Positions 1 through 6,845 of a stretch of 23,327 nucleotides of DNA are shown piece after piece (within the stretch, counting starts at the first letter, position 1; every line of letters starts with the position of its first letter). The translations under genes were made by a program, and so were the position numbers. The stretch comes from a virus. The DNA lies in IMG/VR virus record IMGVR_UViG_3300029705_000088. The stretch is one strand, 5' to 3'. Under the pieces are notes generated by a model. The model was not told the DNA's origin, made no database searches, and was given only the letters and a program-made list of their open reading frames with translations.

Positions 1-120
1 ATTTGAGGATAAGAGGGGGGGGAAGTGGGGTGGTTTTTATAAAAAAAAAAAAAAAAAGAAAAAAAACCCTTTTTTTTAAAAAAAAAAAAAAAAAAAAAAA
101 TAAAAAACTTTTCAAAAACC
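1..120. repeat. Low-complexity homopolymer tract (G-run, A20-30 runs, T-runs) at the window edge
   Basis: Runs such as gggggggg, a(18), t(9) and a(24) are visible directly. There is no coding signal. Confidence 0.6.
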
Positions 121-122
121 TA

Positions 123-151
123 TTGACAAAAAACCAAAAGTGTGGTATAAT
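123..151 (+). promoter_or_regulatory. Sigma70-type promoter (TTGACA, 17 bp spacer, extended TGTGGTATAAT)
   Basis: -35 ttgaca at 123-128 and tgtggtataat at 141-151. Upstream motif cttttcaaaaacc. Confidence 0.8.
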
Positions 152-197
152 ATATACAGAGAGAGGGAGAAACCCTCACAGAAAGGAAGTAAATAAA

Positions 198-404
198 ATG
201 ACTACTAACAACAGACCGCATGCCGCTTACAATCTTACTACTGGTGAAGTGCTTATGGCAAACAATGTCAGATGGCTTGAGAGCGCAATCAGAAGCACTA
301 ATATTTATAATGAAACAAATCACAAAATCAAAAGCAAGTGGGTGTTTGCGCATGGTAGAGATTACCAAAAAAAATTAATCGCAAAGATTGGTAAATGCTG
401 GTAA
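198..404 (+). CDS. Hypothetical small protein (68 aa)
   Basis: ATG at 198 sits after the promoter and a leader hairpin (gaggg agaaa ccctc, 163-177), with RBS aaggaag. The upstream part of the 3..404 ORF is translated homopolymer. Confidence 0.7.
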   Translation: MTTNNRPHAAYNLTTGEVLMANNVRWLESAIRSTNIYNETNHKIKSKWVFAHGRDYQKKLIAKIGKCW

Positions 405-428
405 TTCCAGCATTTACCATTTTTAATT
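390..428 (+). terminator. Intrinsic terminator hairpin (ggtaaatgctgg/ccagcatttacc) followed by a T-run
   Basis: A 12-bp inverted repeat overlaps the stop codon and is followed by atttttaattt. Confidence 0.65.
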
Positions 429-559
429 TATGAACAAATTGTAAAATTTCTATGAATAAAAAATTCATAAATTGTTTACAAAAAATTCATTTTTAATTTA
501 CAAATTATTTACAAAATATGCTTGATTTTGAGCCGGCCGCTCGCGTTCCAAGCGGCCGG

Positions 560-860
560 AGTTCACAAATTGTGAACAATTTGTGAATTTTTTGTAAACA
601 AATTGTGAACAAATTGTAAACTTTTTATTTCCCGAATGTGAACAAATTGTGAACAAATTGTAAATTTTTTGTTAACAATTTATGAATTGTTAACAAAAAA
701 TTTACAATTTGTTCACAATTATCTCTGTTCTCGGGCCCCAGGGCCCGAATTTGTGAACAAACTGTGAATTTCAATATTTTTTTTTAAATAAATTGTAAAT
801 AAATTGTGAACAAATTCTCCCGAATGTAAACAAATTGTAAATTTTTAAATTGTAAATTTT
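560..860. repeat. Array of more than 12 iteron-like copies of TGTGAACAAATTGT(A/G)AAC, in both orientations, with GC hairpins
   Basis: Direct and inverted copies are visible. GC hairpins lie at 531-560, 735-750 and 870-895. Confidence 0.8.
645..720. repeat. Large perfect palindrome with 26-bp arms (aattgtgaacaaattgtaaatttttt), capable of forming a cruciform
   Basis: Left arm 645-670 and right arm 695-720 are exact reverse complements. The 24-bp centre, gttaacaatttatgaattgttaac, itself contains GTTAAC palindromes. Confidence 0.85.
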
Positions 861-889
861 TTGTTAACAAACCCTCTCCCCTGCGGCCC

Positions 890-1142
890 GCCGATTGTTA
901 AAAATTTCACACACTTTAGTATGGTAAAGCGTGAAAGTGAAAAACAGTTTTTTGACGATTTTCGTGTTTGTGAAAAATTTCACAATGCCAGCCTTCCGTT
1001 TTGTACGACAAGTGTCGCGGGGCCCCGAAGTCGCGCTTTAGTATGGTAAAGTGATAAAGTGTTAAAATAAGGGGCGGCCGCGCGATTGTTAAAATTTTCA
1101 CGAAATTCCAGTTTTTGGAAAAAACAGTTTTCGCGTTTTCCC
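890..1142. repeat. Pair of about 60-bp direct repeats (gattgttaaaaatttcac ... ctttagtatggtaaagYg ... aaaaacagtttt), each preceded by a GC hairpin, plus a TGTGA-N6-TCACA site at 969-984
   Basis: Element copies lie at 893-911 and 1083-1100, at 914-944 and 1036-1062, and at 940-952 and 1121-1133. The palindrome tgtgaaaaatttcaca is at 969-984. Confidence 0.7.
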
Positions 1143-1440
1143 TACCCGGTAAATTTTGGAAATTCATCCACCATTTGGTAATGGAAGAAACTGGATGCGC
1201 TTGTTAAGAATTTAACGGTCTTTTTACCATTTTCTGGTAAATGGGAAAATTTGTAAGTGCTGGAAGAAAATGGTAAAAGCAGAAAATCGCAAAACTATAC
1301 GCGAACAAATGTTCGTTCGTCAAATTGCACAAAAATGTATAATATACATTTTTAGTCAAATTATACAAAAATGAATATTTATACATTTTTGTGCAAAACG
1401 TACAAAATACATTTTTTTTAAAGAAATTTCAAAAACCCCC

Positions 1441-1469
1441 TTGACAGAATCGCAATTGTGTGGTATAAT
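1441..1469 (+). promoter_or_regulatory. Sigma70-type promoter
   Basis: ttgaca at 1441-1446 and tgtggtataat at 1459-1469, 17 bp apart. Upstream tttcaaaaaccccc. Confidence 0.8.
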
Positions 1470-1527
1470 AGATACAGTAAAGGAAATCCGGAAGCCACAA
1501 AGAACGGAAGAAAGAGAGATTAAAAAA

Positions 1528-1689
1528 ATGACTATTGAAAGCATCACTTTTGAAAAGTATGTAGAAATTGCAAACCTGCTTGATGAATGCGTCGGCGATG
1601 TTTACTTGTACGGCATTGAAGAAATCGCAATTATGTGTGACGTACCCGTTGAAGTTGTTAAGTACGTTGACAGAGCTGAACACGAATAA
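1528..1689 (+). CDS. Hypothetical small protein (53 aa)
   Basis: ATG at 1528 after a conserved leader (ggaaatccggaagcc..aagaacggaagaaagagag). It is in frame within the 1441..1689 ORF. Confidence 0.65.
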   Translation: MTIESITFEKYVEIANLLDECVGDVYLYGIEEIAIMCDVPVEVVKYVDRAEHE

Positions 1690-1708
1690 TAAAAGGGGGA
1701 TAAAAAAG

Positions 1709-1828
1709 ATGTTTTGGTGGTTTATTTTCGCAGACGGCTACAGAACAGCAGTGAAGGGATTCAGCAAGCGCGAGCTTAAGGTGGAAGAAATGAAGCACGG
1801 CAAGCTGGTCAGAAAAATCCCCGCGTAA
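1709..1828 (+). CDS. Hypothetical small protein (39 aa, MFWWFIFADGY...)
   Basis: RBS aaaggggga, 8 nt, then ATG at 1709. A hairpin (atccccgcg taaa gcggggat) overlaps the stop. Confidence 0.5.
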   Translation: MFWWFIFADGYRTAVKGFSKRELKVEEMKHGKLVRKIPA

Positions 1829-1874
1829 AGCGGGGATTGACTCCAACAAAAAATAAAGAAAGAGGTAAAATAAA

Positions 1875-2240
1875 ATGAGCTGTGTTTACTATGCGATGAA
1901 CGAAAAAACGGTGCTTGCTTTACAAGAAAAAAAGCGCGGCACCTACGTCATTAAAATCGGCGAAACAAATAACGTTATCCGAAGAGCAAGAGAGGTATTT
2001 TACAGAGACAAAGACCTAATCATGAAAAATTGGGAGTGCGACGATAATATCGCATATCGCAGAGTAATTGAGGCTAACGCGCATTTGATTCTTGAAAACA
2101 ACTTTGATGTTGAACGTAAAGGGAATGACCATTATATAGTCAAGAACAAAGCAGAGCTTGCGAGAATTGAAAAAGCGCTTGATACACTGATTGAAAAAGC
2201 AATCGCGCAGGCGGATGCGGTTGATAGAATCCCTATGTGA
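1875..2240 (+). CDS. T5orf172/GIY-YIG-superfamily domain protein (121 aa)
   Basis: RBS aagaggtaaaataaaATG. The motif VYYAMNEK...YVIKIGETNNVIRRAREVF resembles the GIY...KIGxT..RR signature of T5orf172 (PF10544-like). It is a paralogue of 10750..11097. Confidence 0.7.
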   Translation: MSCVYYAMNEKTVLALQEKKRGTYVIKIGETNNVIRRAREVFYRDKDLIMKNWECDDNIAYRRVIEANAHLILENNFDVERKGNDHYIVKNKAELARIEKALDTLIEKAIAQADAVDRIPM

Positions 2241-2252
2241 CAGATGTAAAAT

Positions 2253-2290
2253 AAAGCGGCTGGGTGGAAAAAATATCCAGCCGCTTTGGT
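2253..2290 (+). terminator. Intrinsic terminator (aaagcggctgg ... ccagccgcttt)
   Basis: An 11-bp stem is followed by a T-rich tract. Confidence 0.7.
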
Positions 2291-2440
2291 AACAATTTGT
2301 TCATATTCTGTTCACAATTTGTTCATACATTTTTGTTCATATTTTGTTCACAATTTGTTCATAAAATTTTTTTAAAAAATTTACAATTGTGGGCGCCCGC
2401 TCGTTTCCGGGCGTTTACCACCCGAAACGAGCGGTATTTC
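2284..2440. repeat. Inverted-orientation iteron copies (ttgttcacaatttgttcata, at least 4 copies) plus a GC-rich hairpin island (2391-2440)
   Basis: The reverse complement of the 560-860 motif is repeated here. The stem ccgctcgtttc/gaaacgagcgg is visible. Confidence 0.75.
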
Positions 2441-2564
2441 TAATGGCCACCTAATTCCGCATTTTTTATGGCAAAAACTGGATAATTCGCATATGTTTCC
2501 CATTTCCTGAAACTACCAATAGGCCAGTTCACAGAAACTTCACAATCTATTTACAGAATATTCA

Positions 2565-2593
2565 TTGACATTTTTATTAAAATATGATATAAT
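2565..2593 (+). promoter_or_regulatory. Sigma70-type promoter (attgacatttttattaaaatatgatataat variant)
   Basis: ttgaca at 2565-2570 and tataat at 2588-2593, 17 bp apart. Confidence 0.8.
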
Positions 2594-2639
2594 ATATATA
2601 CAGTAAAGGAAAGCCAATAGGCGACCAAAGAAAGGACAC

Positions 2640-2816
2640 ATGGAGATGAAAACTTATGCTTGCTCTGTTTATCACAAGAAATTTGGATGGGATGAATACT
2701 TCGTTAAAGCGAGTAATAAAGGTGAAGCGAAGAAAGAATGTATGTATCGCCTTGATAACGAGACCGATTATCCTGCCAAAGAATGGGAAATCGTGGATGT
2801 GGTAGAGGTCAAGTGA
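2640..2816 (+). CDS. Hypothetical small protein (58 aa, MEMKTYACSVYHKKFGWDEY...), absent from the ORF track because it is under 60 aa
   Basis: ATG at 2640 after the promoter and RBS aaaggacacATG. The ORF runs to TGA at 2814-2816. A perfect hairpin (gtagaggtca/tgacctctac) overlaps the stop. Confidence 0.55.
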   Translation: MEMKTYACSVYHKKFGWDEYFVKASNKGEAKKECMYRLDNETDYPAKEWEIVDVVEVK

Positions 2817-2860
2817 CCTCTACCTTGCGAAAAAAAATTTAAAAAATTTCGCAAAACCTC

Positions 2861-2889
2861 TTGACAAACGACCGGAAATGTGATATAAT
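2861..2889 (+). promoter_or_regulatory. Sigma70-type promoter with upstream TTTCGCAAAACC element
   Basis: ttgaca at 2861-2866 and tgatataat at 2881-2889. Confidence 0.8.
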
Positions 2890-2938
2890 ATATATACAGA
2901 GGAACCCAAGAGGTTCCAAGAGAAAGGAAGTAAAAACT

Positions 2939-3405
2939 ATGTTACCTAAGATGATTTGCTTTGACATGGACGGCACCCTCGCAGACCTTTACAACGTGCC
3001 CAACTGGCTTGAACAGCTTCGTGCGTTTGACCCTGCCCCGTATCGGGAAGCAGAATGTATGTGGGATGAAGAGGAGCTTGCTTGCATCCTGAATACGCTG
3101 ATTGATAACGGCGTTGAAATTCGCATTATCACTTGGCTGTCAAAGGAAAGCACTCCCGAGTATGATGAAGCGGTACGCGAAGCGAAGCGAGAATGGCTTG
3201 AAGCCCTCGGCATTCCTTACACTCACTTCCACGGTGTAAAGTATGGCGCGACTAAGGCTGACAGCATCCGCAGATACCTTGAAGAGGACGAAACCGCTTG
3301 CTCTTTGATGACAATGAAAAGGTTCGCAAGGGCTGGCACATGGGCGAAGCGTTTGACCCGACCGCGATTGATATTCTTGAATTACTGTATGCGCTCTTGG
3401 ATTGA
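2939..3405 (+). CDS. HAD-superfamily 5'(3')-deoxyribonucleotidase-like phosphatase (NT5C family); the reading frame is interrupted by a -1 shift near 3283-3294
   Basis: The product begins MLPKMICFDMDGTLADL, which is HAD motif I (DxDGT). GATKAD supplies the motif III lysine. The motif IV stretch LLFDDNEKVRKGW lies in the -1 frame and ends at TGA 3403-3405. The listed frame instead runs on to 3436 as non-homologous sequence. Confidence 0.7.
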
Positions 3406-3453
3406 GCGCATACAGGTAAATTCAAAAAAGTTTTAATACAGGAAAGAAATAGC

Positions 3454-3645
3454 ATGGAAGAAAATATTCAGTTTAAACGTTTTCAAGCAATTATTGACCC
3501 AAAATCTATTGATATCCCAATTTTTAAATGTGAAGAATGTCCATTAAATGATAAATGCCATGATGAAAAACGCATAGATGATTTTGAGCATACTTGCATA
3601 GAAGCTATCTGGCATTATATTCAAACTGGTGAATTCTTGGCATAA
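3454..3645 (+). CDS. Hypothetical small Cys/His-containing protein (63 aa)
   Basis: RBS aggaaagaaatagcATG. No promoter of its own, so it is probably co-transcribed with the upstream gene. Confidence 0.6.
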   Translation: MEENIQFKRFQAIIDPKSIDIPIFKCEECPLNDKCHDEKRIDDFEHTCIEAIWHYIQTGEFLA

Positions 3646-3677
3646 AAAATTTTTTTCAAAAAATTTCGCAAAACCTC

Positions 3678-3706
3678 TTGACAAACACCGCAAAGTATGA
3701 TATAAT
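3678..3706 (+). promoter_or_regulatory. Sigma70-type promoter with TTTCGCAAAACC element
   Basis: ttgaca at 3678-3683 and tataat at 3701-3706. Confidence 0.8.
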
Positions 3707-3762
3707 ATATATACAGAGGAAATCCGGAAGCCCAAAAGAACGGAAGAAAGAGAGAAAACAAA

Positions 3763-4035
3763 ATGCCTACTGGTAGATTTAATGAAGTTGAAGAGAATGT
3801 TGTTCTGATGGAAGTCACCGCCGAAGAGCTTAAACTTATCATTGAAAGAAGAAAAAAAGAAATTACACGCGATAATTATATGGAAGAATTTAATGATTTA
3901 ATTTCTCGGGCAAGAAAAGATGGTATTTTCTTCTGCGTTCAACGTGGAAGAGTTGCTAACGGAACAAGACTGTTTGAAGAAGATGGTCCAGAATCATATA
4001 CAGATAGATTGAATAATATTCGTATCACCTATTAA
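3763..4035 (+). CDS. Hypothetical protein (90 aa)
   Basis: Conserved leader, the same as the 1528 gene, followed by ATG at 3763. Confidence 0.7.
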   Translation: MPTGRFNEVEENVVLMEVTAEELKLIIERRKKEITRDNYMEEFNDLISRARKDGIFFCVQRGRVANGTRLFEEDGPESYTDRLNNIRITY

Positions 4036-4065
4036 ATAAAAGCCGCCTTTGGGCGGTTTTTTATT
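4036..4065 (+). terminator. Intrinsic terminator (aagccgcc ttt gggcggtttttt)
   Basis: GC stem followed by a T-run. Confidence 0.75.
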
Positions 4066-4160
4066 TCAATTTCAATTTTTGTTTCCATTTTTTGGATTCA
4101 TTTTTTCATTTCAATTCATATTTTGTTTTCATTTTATTTACAAATTTTGACTTGACTTTT

Positions 4161-4196
4161 GGGCCGGCCGCCCGCGCTCCAAGCGGCCGGTTTTTG
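4161..4196. terminator. GC-rich hairpin (gggccggccgcccgcgctccaagcggccgg) plus a T-run. It is a homologue of the 531-560 hairpin and is followed by iteron copies.
   Basis: ccggccgc/gcggccgg stem. gaacaaattgtgaa copies lie at 4195-4252. Confidence 0.6.
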
Positions 4197-4308
4197 AACA
4201 AATTGTGAATTTCAATACTTTTTTGTAAGCATTTTGTAAACAAATTGTGAAGGGAAATTTTCCCAAAATGTTTGTGCAATTTGACGAAAGATTTTTTTCA
4301 AAAACCTA

Positions 4309-4337
4309 TTGACTTTTGGCTTGATATGTGGTATAAT
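4309..4337 (+). promoter_or_regulatory. Sigma70-type promoter
   Basis: ttgact at 4309-4314 and tgtggtataat ending at 4337, 17 bp apart. Confidence 0.8.
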
Positions 4338-4371
4338 ATATATACAGAAAAGAAAGAGAGGTACATCACAA

Positions 4372-4575
4372 ATGACTAACACTAAAATTTATTTTGAGGT
4401 AGAAATTGAGGGCGTAGTAACCCAATTCAATAATTTCAATGATGCCCGTGATGAGTATAACGCGCTCATGGAATGCGGTTTCTACGAAGCCACCCTTCAC
4501 AGAGTAGAAGAAGTCAATGGCGACAAATACATAGTAGTATGGAATGACAGAAGTGCTTGCTTTTTCCCCCGCTAA
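4372..4575 (+). CDS. Hypothetical small protein (67 aa)
   Basis: ATG at 4372 with RBS aaagagagg. Confidence 0.65.
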   Translation: MTNTKIYFEVEIEGVVTQFNNFNDARDEYNALMECGFYEATLHRVEEVNGDKYIVVWNDRSACFFPR

Positions 4576-4604
4576 AAATCTTTAAAAAACTTTCGCAAAA
4601 CCCC

Positions 4605-4633
4605 TTGACAAATCGCTCAAAGTATGATATAAT
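4605..4633 (+). promoter_or_regulatory. Sigma70-type promoter (canonical class-A copy aaaaccccttgacaaatcgctcaaagtatgatataat)
   Basis: ttgaca at 4605-4610 and tataat at 4628-4633. Confidence 0.85.
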
Positions 4634-4675
4634 ATATATACCCCCGATACAGGGGGTAGAAAGAGAGATAGACCA

Positions 4676-5380
4676 ATGAACACAGAAAAGATTGACCGCC
4701 GCAGACATTACATTATCGTGCTTGACACGGAAACCGCAAACACCTTCCGCGATGAAAGAGGACAGCTTGACACAAGTAGTACACTTGTGTATGACCTTGG
4801 GTGGGCGGTAACTGATAAGCATGGAAACATCTACCGCAAAAAGAGTTTTGTAAATTCTGATATTTTCTTCCATGAAGCTGAACTGATGAAGTCGGCATAC
4901 TACGCAAATAAAATCCCGCAGTATCTCGCAGACATTGAAGCGGGTAGGCGCATTGTGGCTAATACCTATCAAATGCGCTCGGCTCTGCTGAATGATATCG
5001 CAGATTTCGCAGTTGATACAATTTGCGCGCATAACGCCCGTTTTGACTACAACAGCCTAAACAGCACAGAGCGCTGGACTACAAAAAGCAAGTACCGCTA
5101 TTTTCTCCCTTATGGAATTACAATTTGGGACAGTATGAAGATGGCGCAAAGTGTAATCGGAAAGATGCCCACCTACCGCGCATTTTGTGAAGAACATGGT
5201 TATCTGACAAAAACTGGCAGACTTTCCATGACAGCGGAAAATCTTTACAGATTCATTTCCCGCAATAATGATTTTGTTGAAAATCATACAGGGCTTGAAG
5301 ATGTGGAAATTGAAGCGCAGATAATGGCGTACTGTTTCAGACAACACAAGGCAATGCAGAAAGAGTTATGGGGGAATTAA
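4676..5380 (+). CDS. DnaQ-like DEDDh 3'-5' exonuclease (234 aa)
   Basis: Exo I is IIVLDTETAN, Exo II is AHNARFDYNSL, and Exo III is HTGLEDVEIEAQ. The leader hairpin ccccc gataca ggggg lies at 4641-4656. Confidence 0.75.
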   Translation: MNTEKIDRRRHYIIVLDTETANTFRDERGQLDTSSTLVYDLGWAVTDKHGNIYRKKSFVNSDIFFHEAELMKSAYYANKIPQYLADIEAGRRIVANTYQMRSALLNDIADFAVDTICAHNARFDYNSLNSTERWTTKSKYRYFLPYGITIWDSMKMAQSVIGKMPTYRAFCEEHGYLTKTGRLSMTAENLYRFISRNNDFVENHTGLEDVEIEAQIMAYCFRQHKAMQKELWGN

Positions 5381-5429
5381 TCCCCCATGACTACCGCAAA
5401 AAAAACTTTAAGAAATTTCGCAAAACCCC

Positions 5430-5458
5430 TTGACAAAACCGCAAAAGTATGATATAAT
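5430..5458 (+). promoter_or_regulatory. Sigma70-type promoter driving the tRNA-like gene
   Basis: ttgaca at 5430-5435 and tataat at 5453-5458. Confidence 0.8.
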
Positions 5459-5498
5459 ATATATACAGAAGAGAGGAACAAATCCTCCCCGATAATAT

Positions 5499-5605
5499 GG
5501 CAGTGAGATAGAAGCGGCTCTATTTCCATAAAGATGGCTTGAGATACAACAAATGGAAACGTTCGCCATTGGAAAACGTAGGTTCAACTCCTACCACTGC
5601 CTCCA
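5499..5605 (+). tRNA. tRNA-like gene, non-canonical length (107 nt). It has a 7-bp acceptor stem, a canonical T-arm and 3' CCA, but the middle part does not fold into a standard anticodon arm.
   Basis: ggcagtg at 5499-5505 pairs with cactgcc at 5595-5601. The T-arm gtagg-ttcaact-cctac is at 5578-5594, the discriminator t is at 5602, and CCA is at 5603-5605. A D-arm-like atag aagcggct ctat is present. I could not place a 7-nt anticodon loop with U33, nor find a CUA anticodon. Confidence 0.45.
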
Positions 5606-5636
5606 AAAAATTTTTCAAAAACTTTTGCAAAACCCC

Positions 5637-5665
5637 TTGACAAATCGCTCAAAGTATGATATAAT
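5637..5665 (+). promoter_or_regulatory. Sigma70-type promoter (class-A copy)
   Basis: ttgaca at 5637-5642 and tataat at 5660-5665. Confidence 0.85.
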
Positions 5666-5749
5666 ATATATACCGAAGCAAGAGGGCACGACCTCCAATC
5701 GGTAAAATAAAAATAATGGGTAGCGACCTACGCTGAAAGGATTGATACC

Positions 5750-6139
5750 ATGGCTACTACTAACTCTACTTCCAAGAAGCTCACTAAGCGCGACCACTTC
5801 AACACCCTGCTCCAGCTCCCCGAAGTTGCCGCAAATCCCGCACTCGTTGATTTCATCAACAACGAACTTGACCTGCTGGCTCGCAAGAACAACAGCGACA
5901 ACAAGAAGCTCACTGAAAAGGACATCGCAAATCAGGGGCTTAAGGCGGCGATTCTTGAATTCGCAACCGCGAGCGGCGAACAGCACACTGTTACCGACTT
6001 CATCAAGAACGTGCCTGCGTGCGCTGGACTTTCTCCGCAGAAGATTACCGCACTGGTTCGCCAGATGGTAGAAGATGGCAAGCTTGAAAAGGTAATCGTA
6101 AAGCGCGTATCTTACTTCCGCATTCCGGAGGGGGTTTAA
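5750..6139 (+). CDS. Hypothetical protein (129 aa), cassette A gene 1, with a possible C-terminal winged helix
   Basis: An 80-nt structured leader ends ...gctgaaaggattgataccATG. Codon usage is rich in C-ending codons. It is a paralogue of 9851..10249. Confidence 0.8.
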   Translation: MATTNSTSKKLTKRDHFNTLLQLPEVAANPALVDFINNELDLLARKNNSDNKKLTEKDIANQGLKAAILEFATASGEQHTVTDFIKNVPACAGLSPQKITALVRQMVEDGKLEKVIVKRVSYFRIPEGV

Positions 6140-6170
6140 TCCCCCTCCCCCAAGAGGGGGGACGTAATCC

Positions 6171-6527
6171 ATGAGCGAACAGGAAAAAGCAATGCGGCGG
6201 CTCGGCTTTACAGATGAAGAAATCGCCGACGTAATGGACGCAGATAAGCGCATTGACAAGGGCGAAAAACTATTTGAGCAGACCGCCGAAGAAAAGAACG
6301 CAAGTAAAGAATTGCGGCGAGCACCGCGCAAAGTCGTTGACGCATACGGCAAAGCAAGCACCAAGGAACGCAAAAGCGACAACGACAAGCAAGCACTAAT
6401 CAAAGGCATTGAAATGGCAATTTTTGACAAAGTGGAAAATCTTACCATTATCAATCCCGAACGTGAAATGGAGTTTCTTTACAATGGTAGAAAATTCAAG
6501 TTGACTCTATCTGCTCCCCGAAAGTAA
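6171..6527 (+). CDS. Hypothetical protein (118 aa), cassette A gene 2
   Basis: ATG at 6171 after the stacked hairpins gaggggg/ccccctc and ccccc aagag ggggg. It is a paralogue of 10285..10692. Confidence 0.75.
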   Translation: MSEQEKAMRRLGFTDEEIADVMDADKRIDKGEKLFEQTAEEKNASKELRRAPRKVVDAYGKASTKERKSDNDKQALIKGIEMAIFDKVENLTIINPEREMEFLYNGRKFKLTLSAPRK

Positions 6528-6537
6528 ATATTTTCCA

Positions 6538-6570
6538 AAATGCATATTACAAATGTAATATGCATTTTTG
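6538..6570. promoter_or_regulatory. Perfect AT-rich palindrome (aaaatgcatattaca aa tgtaatatgcatttt), a candidate operator or terminator
   Basis: The 15-bp arms are exact reverse complements. Confidence 0.5.
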
Positions 6571-6589
6571 TTTATTTTGACGAAAATTT

Positions 6590-6790
6590 CCAGTTCACAA
6601 ATTGTTTACAAAATATACTTGATTTGTTCAAACGCGCGTCGCCGATGGTGGCGCGCGTTTTTTTTGTCAATAGGTAATGTATACAAATTTTCAGAAAATT
6701 TTTGGGCGTTTTTAGTCAATTCATACAAATCCCGCAATTATGAACATTTTGTAAACAATAAAGAAAACCTATTGACTTTTTTATTATAAT
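6590..6790. repeat. About 190-bp intergenic repeat element, copy 1 (tttacaaaatatacttgatttgttcaaac, a GC hairpin with T-run terminator at 6631-6668, then ...caaatcccgcaattatgaacattttgtaaa...)
   Basis: Close similarity to 11150..11340. The GC hairpin aaacgcgcg...cgcgcgttttttttt is visible. Confidence 0.8.
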
Positions 6791-6800
6791 ATGATATAAT
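6772..6800 (+). promoter_or_regulatory. Sigma70-type promoter
   Basis: ttgact at 6772-6777 and tgatataat ending at 6800, 17 bp apart. Confidence 0.8.
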
Positions 6801-6845
6801 ATATATACAGAAAACAAAGAGCCAACAGGCAAAGGAGATAAAACA

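Noticed and set aside
4514-5032. Minus-strand ORFs lying opposite well-supported plus-strand genes (4514..5032, 5057..5347, 5615..6454, 8798..9208, 10246..10722, 21084..21968 and similar)
   Set aside because: They have no promoter or RBS and overlap antisense to genes that have clear promoter, RBS and motif support. Long antisense ORFs are expected opposite genes with biased codon composition.
5499-5605. Assigning the tRNA-like gene a specific isotype or a CUA (amber suppressor) anticodon
   Set aside because: The only CTA triplets are in the T-arm and at 5520-5522, and the latter cannot be placed at positions 34-36 of a cloverleaf ending at 5605. I could not build any 5-bp-stem, 7-nt-loop anticodon arm with U33. 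The isotype is therefore left open.
6568-6789. Plus-strand ORFs 6568..6789 and 11112..11327 inside the 190-bp intergenic repeat, and 861..1049 and 916..1167 in the iteron region
   Set aside because: They span terminator hairpins and promoter elements, have no RBS, and their sequence conservation is explained by the DNA repeat itself.
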